Notes under the pieces: model-generated | What the model was told of the DNA's origin: nothing | Databases searched by the model: none | What the model saw: the letters and a program-made list of their open reading frames with translations, nothing else | Assembly: GCA_038212275.1 (NCBI GenBank) | Contig: JBBQUR010000001.1 | Coordinates: 306,890 to 370,889, forward strand | Origin: Planctomycetota bacterium | GTDB taxonomy: Bacteria; Planctomycetota; B15-G4 | Direction: 5' to 3' | Length of the DNA stretch: 64,000 bases | Shown: positions 61,080-64,000 of the stretch, one piece after another | Layout of the letters: every line of letters starts with the position of its first letter | Position numbering within the stretch: position 1 is the stretch's first letter | Position numbers and translations under genes: made by a program

Positions 61080-62467
61080 TGAGCGCGGCAAACGTCGGGG
61101 CGGGCATCATGCGCCGGCTCGTTGCGTGCGGCATGCCGCTCGTCATCGCCGTGCTGCTGTTCACGGCCTGCGCCGTGCCTCCGGGCGAGCCGGCCGGCCT
61201 GCGCCTGCCGCCGCTTCCCGGCACGCCGGGCGACCCGCGCACGGCCGTCACGTCCGAGGAAATCGACGAGCACGTCGAGGTCCTGGCCAGCGACCTGTTC
61301 GAGGGGCGCGAGGCCGGCACGCGCGGCGAGCAGCGCGCGTCGGCGTACATCATCAGCCAGCTCGAGGAATGCCCGCGCCTGCAGCCCGCCGGCATCGAGG
61401 GCGGCTGGCTGCAGCCCTTTCCGATCGTCCTGCACGGGGAAGACGCCGTGGCGCACAACATCTGCGCGCTGCTGCCCGGCACCGACCCGGACCTCGCGCG
61501 GCAGACGATCGTCCTCGGCGCGCATTACGATCACGTCGGCTTCGGCGAGTCGGGCAATGCGATCGACGGGGGCGGCGAGATCCACAACGGCGCCGACGAC
61601 AACGGCTCGGGTTCGGCGACGCTGCTTGACCTGGCCACGTCGCTGGCGAACTCGGACTGGCAGCCGCGGCGCTCCATCCTCTTCCTGTGGTTTTCCGGCG
61701 AGGAACTCGGACTGCTCGGCAGCGTGCACTGGTGCGAAAACCCGCTGCGTCCGCTGGAGGACACGGTGTTCATGCTCAACATGGACATGGTGGGGCGGCT
61801 CGTGGAGAACACGCTGGTCGTGGGCGGCACCGGCTCGAGCCCCGGCCTGTCCGAGCTCGCTCAGGCGGCGTGCCTTGCCAACGGCCTCGTGATGATCGAC
61901 GACCCGCCCGGCAGCGCGCCCTCGGACAACACGAGCTTTTACGAGAAGCGGATTCCGGTGCTTTTCCTGTTCACCGGACTGCACGACGACTATCACGCCG
62001 CGACCGACGACGCCGCGAAGATCAACGCCGACGGCGCCGCGCGGATCGGCCATGCCGCCGCGAGCGTGGTGCTGTCCCTCGACTCGCGCGACGAGCGCCC
62101 CGAGTTCCGCATCGCGCCCGGCAGCGCACTGATGTTCCGGCCGCACGCCTACGTCGGCGTGGTCTTCGGCATCGTGTCGGGCGCTGCGGCGACGGGGCCC
62201 GTGGAGGTCTCCGTGATCATTCCAGGCTCGCCCGCGGATGCGGCCGGCCTTCGAGAGGGCGACGTGATCGTTGCGGTCGACGGCCAGGTGCTGCCCACCG
62301 CGGATGCCGCCGACCCCGGCGGCGACGACGCGCGACGCAGCCGCGCGCTGGCGACGCTCGACGCGCGACTTGCGCGCATCGAGCCGGGCCTTCCGGCGAT
62401 CGTGCTGAGCGTCGTGCGGGATGGTGCGGCACCTCGCGACATCAGCCTGAAGCCCGTCATCCGCTGA
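61079..62467 (+). CDS. M28 family metallopeptidase with C-terminal PDZ domain, lipoprotein
   Basis: FTAC lipobox; GAHYDH, NGADDNGSG, SGEE.GL.GS, NMDMVG, SD..SF, DYH...D; PDZ GSPA..AGL..GDVI. Confidence 0.9.
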   Translation: MSAANVGAGIMRRLVACGMPLVIAVLLFTACAVPPGEPAGLRLPPLPGTPGDPRTAVTSEEIDEHVEVLASDLFEGREAGTRGEQRASAYIISQLEECPRLQPAGIEGGWLQPFPIVLHGEDAVAHNICALLPGTDPDLARQTIVLGAHYDHVGFGESGNAIDGGGEIHNGADDNGSGSATLLDLATSLANSDWQPRRSILFLWFSGEELGLLGSVHWCENPLRPLEDTVFMLNMDMVGRLVENTLVVGGTGSSPGLSELAQAACLANGLVMIDDPPGSAPSDNTSFYEKRIPVLFLFTGLHDDYHAATDDAAKINADGAARIGHAAASVVLSLDSRDERPEFRIAPGSALMFRPHAYVGVVFGIVSGAAATGPVEVSVIIPGSPADAAGLREGDVIVAVDGQVLPTADAADPGGDDARRSRALATLDARLARIEPGLPAIVLSVVRDGAAPRDISLKPVIR

Positions 62468-62503
62468 CCGGTTGCGCCGGCCCGGCGCCAGGAGGATCCG
62501 CCT

Positions 62504-63604
62504 ATGGACGCCGCCACGGCGGGATGGTTCGTCGCGGGCCTCGTGCTGCTCGTGGTCGGCGCGGAGCTGCTGGTGCGTGGCGCCTCGCGTCTCGCCGCGA
62601 GCGTCGGCATCTCGCCGCTCGTCGTCGGCCTCACCGTCGTGTCTCTCGGCACGAGCGCGCCCGAAGCGTCGGTGAGCGTGTCCGCCTCGCTGCAAGGCAG
62701 CGGCGGCCTCGCCTACGCGAACATCGTGGGCAGCAACATCTTCAACGTGCTCTTCATCCTCGGGCTCTGCGCGGTCGTCGCGCCGCTTGTCGTGCAGCAC
62801 AGGCTCGTGCGCGTGGACGTGCCGGTGATGATCGGCATCTCGCTGCTGACCTGGCTGCTGTCGCTCGATGGCACGGTGTCCCGCTGGGAGGGCCTGCTGC
62901 TCGTCGTGCTGATGCTGGCCTACATGGTGGCGTCCGTGCGCGGTTCGAGACGCGAGACGGAGACCGTGAAGCGGGAGTACGCGACGGAGCACGGCGCCAG
63001 GCCGACAGCGCCCCGGCGCGTTCCACGCGACGTGGGATTCATCGTCGCAGGCCTGGTGCTGCTCGTGCTCGGCAGTCGCTGGCTCGTGACCGGCGCCATG
63101 GCCGTGGCTGCTGCGCTGGGCGTGAGCGATGTGATCGTGGGACTCACGATCGTGGCCGCGGGCACCTCACTGCCCGAGGTGGCCACGTCGATCATGGCCA
63201 CGATCCGTGGCGAGCGCGACATCGCCGTGGGCAACGTCATCGGCAGCAACATCTTCAACCTGCTCGGCTGCCTGGGCCTTGCCTCGGCAGCCGCGCCGGA
63301 CGGTATCCCGGTGCCGCCGAACGCCCTGGCCTTCGACGTGCCGGTCATGGTGGCGACCTCCTTCGCCTGCCTGCCGATCTTCGTCACGGGCCATCGCATC
63401 GTGCGCCTCGAAGGCCTGCTCTTCTTCGGATACTACGTCGCCTACACGGCCTTCCTGGTGATGGACACGGCCAGGCACGACGCGCTGCCCGCGTACAGCG
63501 CGCTGATGCTGCAGTTCGTGCTCCCGCTCACGCTGATCACCCTCGGCATCGTGCTCTACCGCGCCGTGACGCGCGACAGCGGCGACAAGGCGCAGGCGGC
63601 CTGA
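62504..63604 (+). CDS. Calcium/sodium antiporter (CaCA family, YrbG-like)
   Basis: Two alpha repeats: GTSAPE..NIVGSNIFN and GTSLPE..NVIGSNIFN. Confidence 0.92.
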   Translation: MDAATAGWFVAGLVLLVVGAELLVRGASRLAASVGISPLVVGLTVVSLGTSAPEASVSVSASLQGSGGLAYANIVGSNIFNVLFILGLCAVVAPLVVQHRLVRVDVPVMIGISLLTWLLSLDGTVSRWEGLLLVVLMLAYMVASVRGSRRETETVKREYATEHGARPTAPRRVPRDVGFIVAGLVLLVLGSRWLVTGAMAVAAALGVSDVIVGLTIVAAGTSLPEVATSIMATIRGERDIAVGNVIGSNIFNLLGCLGLASAAAPDGIPVPPNALAFDVPVMVATSFACLPIFVTGHRIVRLEGLLFFGYYVAYTAFLVMDTARHDALPAYSALMLQFVLPLTLITLGIVLYRAVTRDSGDKAQAA

Positions 63605-63646
63605 CGGGCACGGCCTGCGGAGGCGTTTCCTGACGGGGAAGAATCG

Positions 63647-63675
63647 GCCCGTCCCTCAGCCCGTCCCTCAGCCCG
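63647..63675. repeat. 12-bp tandem duplication GCCCGTCCCTCA x2 plus GCCCG
   Basis: Directly visible. Confidence 0.75.
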
Positions 63676-63692
63676 GGCCTCGCCCCGTTCCT

Positions 63693-63880
63693 TCACTCCA
63701 GCGCCGGCAGCTCGTCGCCCGACAGCGTTTCCTTCTCCAGCAGGAGCAGCGCACCTTTCTCGAGCACGGCGCGCTGCTTCGTCAGGATCTGCAGCGCGCG
63801 CTCGAAGGCGGCCGACACGCTGTCGCGCACGGCGACGTCGATCTCGCGTGCGGTGGCTTCCGAGAAGTGCGCCACGAACG
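63693..63880 (-). pseudogene. FtsH (M41) C-terminal fragment
   Basis: SEATAREID.AVR..V..AFERA..IL...R..L..GA..LLEKETL.GDEL matches the FtsH terminal helices; upstream in-frame sequence is open to the window edge but does not look FtsH-like. Confidence 0.6.
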
Positions 63881-63931
63881 GCGCTGATTGGAAGTCGATG
63901 TAGACTGACAAACAGTGTTGATGCTGCATGA

Positions 63932-64000
63932 GAGATGGAGGCAGGCCCTCCGGGGACGGGTTGCAGGACCAGTCCTCAAACCGCCCGACGCTGCGCGGGG
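63932..64000 (+). promoter_or_regulatory. Possible fluoride (crcB-motif) riboswitch, 3' truncated by window end
   Basis: GGAG..CTCC stem, inserted hairpin GGGGAC/GTCCTC, then AAACCGCCCG...CGGGG; TAGACT -10-like at 63901; loop non-canonical and diagnostic 3' part not in window. Confidence 0.3.

Overview
High-GC (roughly 70% by eye) bacterial chromosomal segment. The gene content (DUF1501/DUF1800, CRTAC1/ASPIC-UnbV, multiheme-TPR lipoprotein, several sulfatase-fold proteins) suggests a Planctomycetota-like organism, which is an inference. It is dominated by metallocofactor and energy genes: a fused GltD/NfnB-PyrK/NfnA-like flavo-Fe-S oxidoreductase next to an A-type Fe-S carrier; plsY-gpsA; an isc operon (Rrf2-iscS-iscU-iscA-hscB-hscA-iscX, no fdx) ending in a thioesterase; a DUF1800/DUF1501 module; larB-larC-larE nickel-pincer cofactor genes with no larA in the window, flanked by a heptaheme cytochrome c-TPR lipoprotein, an ALDH7-like dehydrogenase and an unknown exported helical protein; an OmpR-type two-component system preceded by a hairpin-rich intergenic region; ZIP, Hpt, NCS2 and fdhD genes; and a complete nuoA-N operon with a short NuoG. 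I saw no rRNA, tRNA, CRISPR array or transposase. Best candidates for new biology: the orphan larBCE locus with an Fe-S-type LarE and unknown cofactor client, the DUF1800/DUF1501 exported module, the fused Nfn-like enzyme, and two candidate structured RNAs (33.0-33.2 kb, and a possible fluoride riboswitch cut by the window end). All family calls come from motif recognition by eye; no searches were run.
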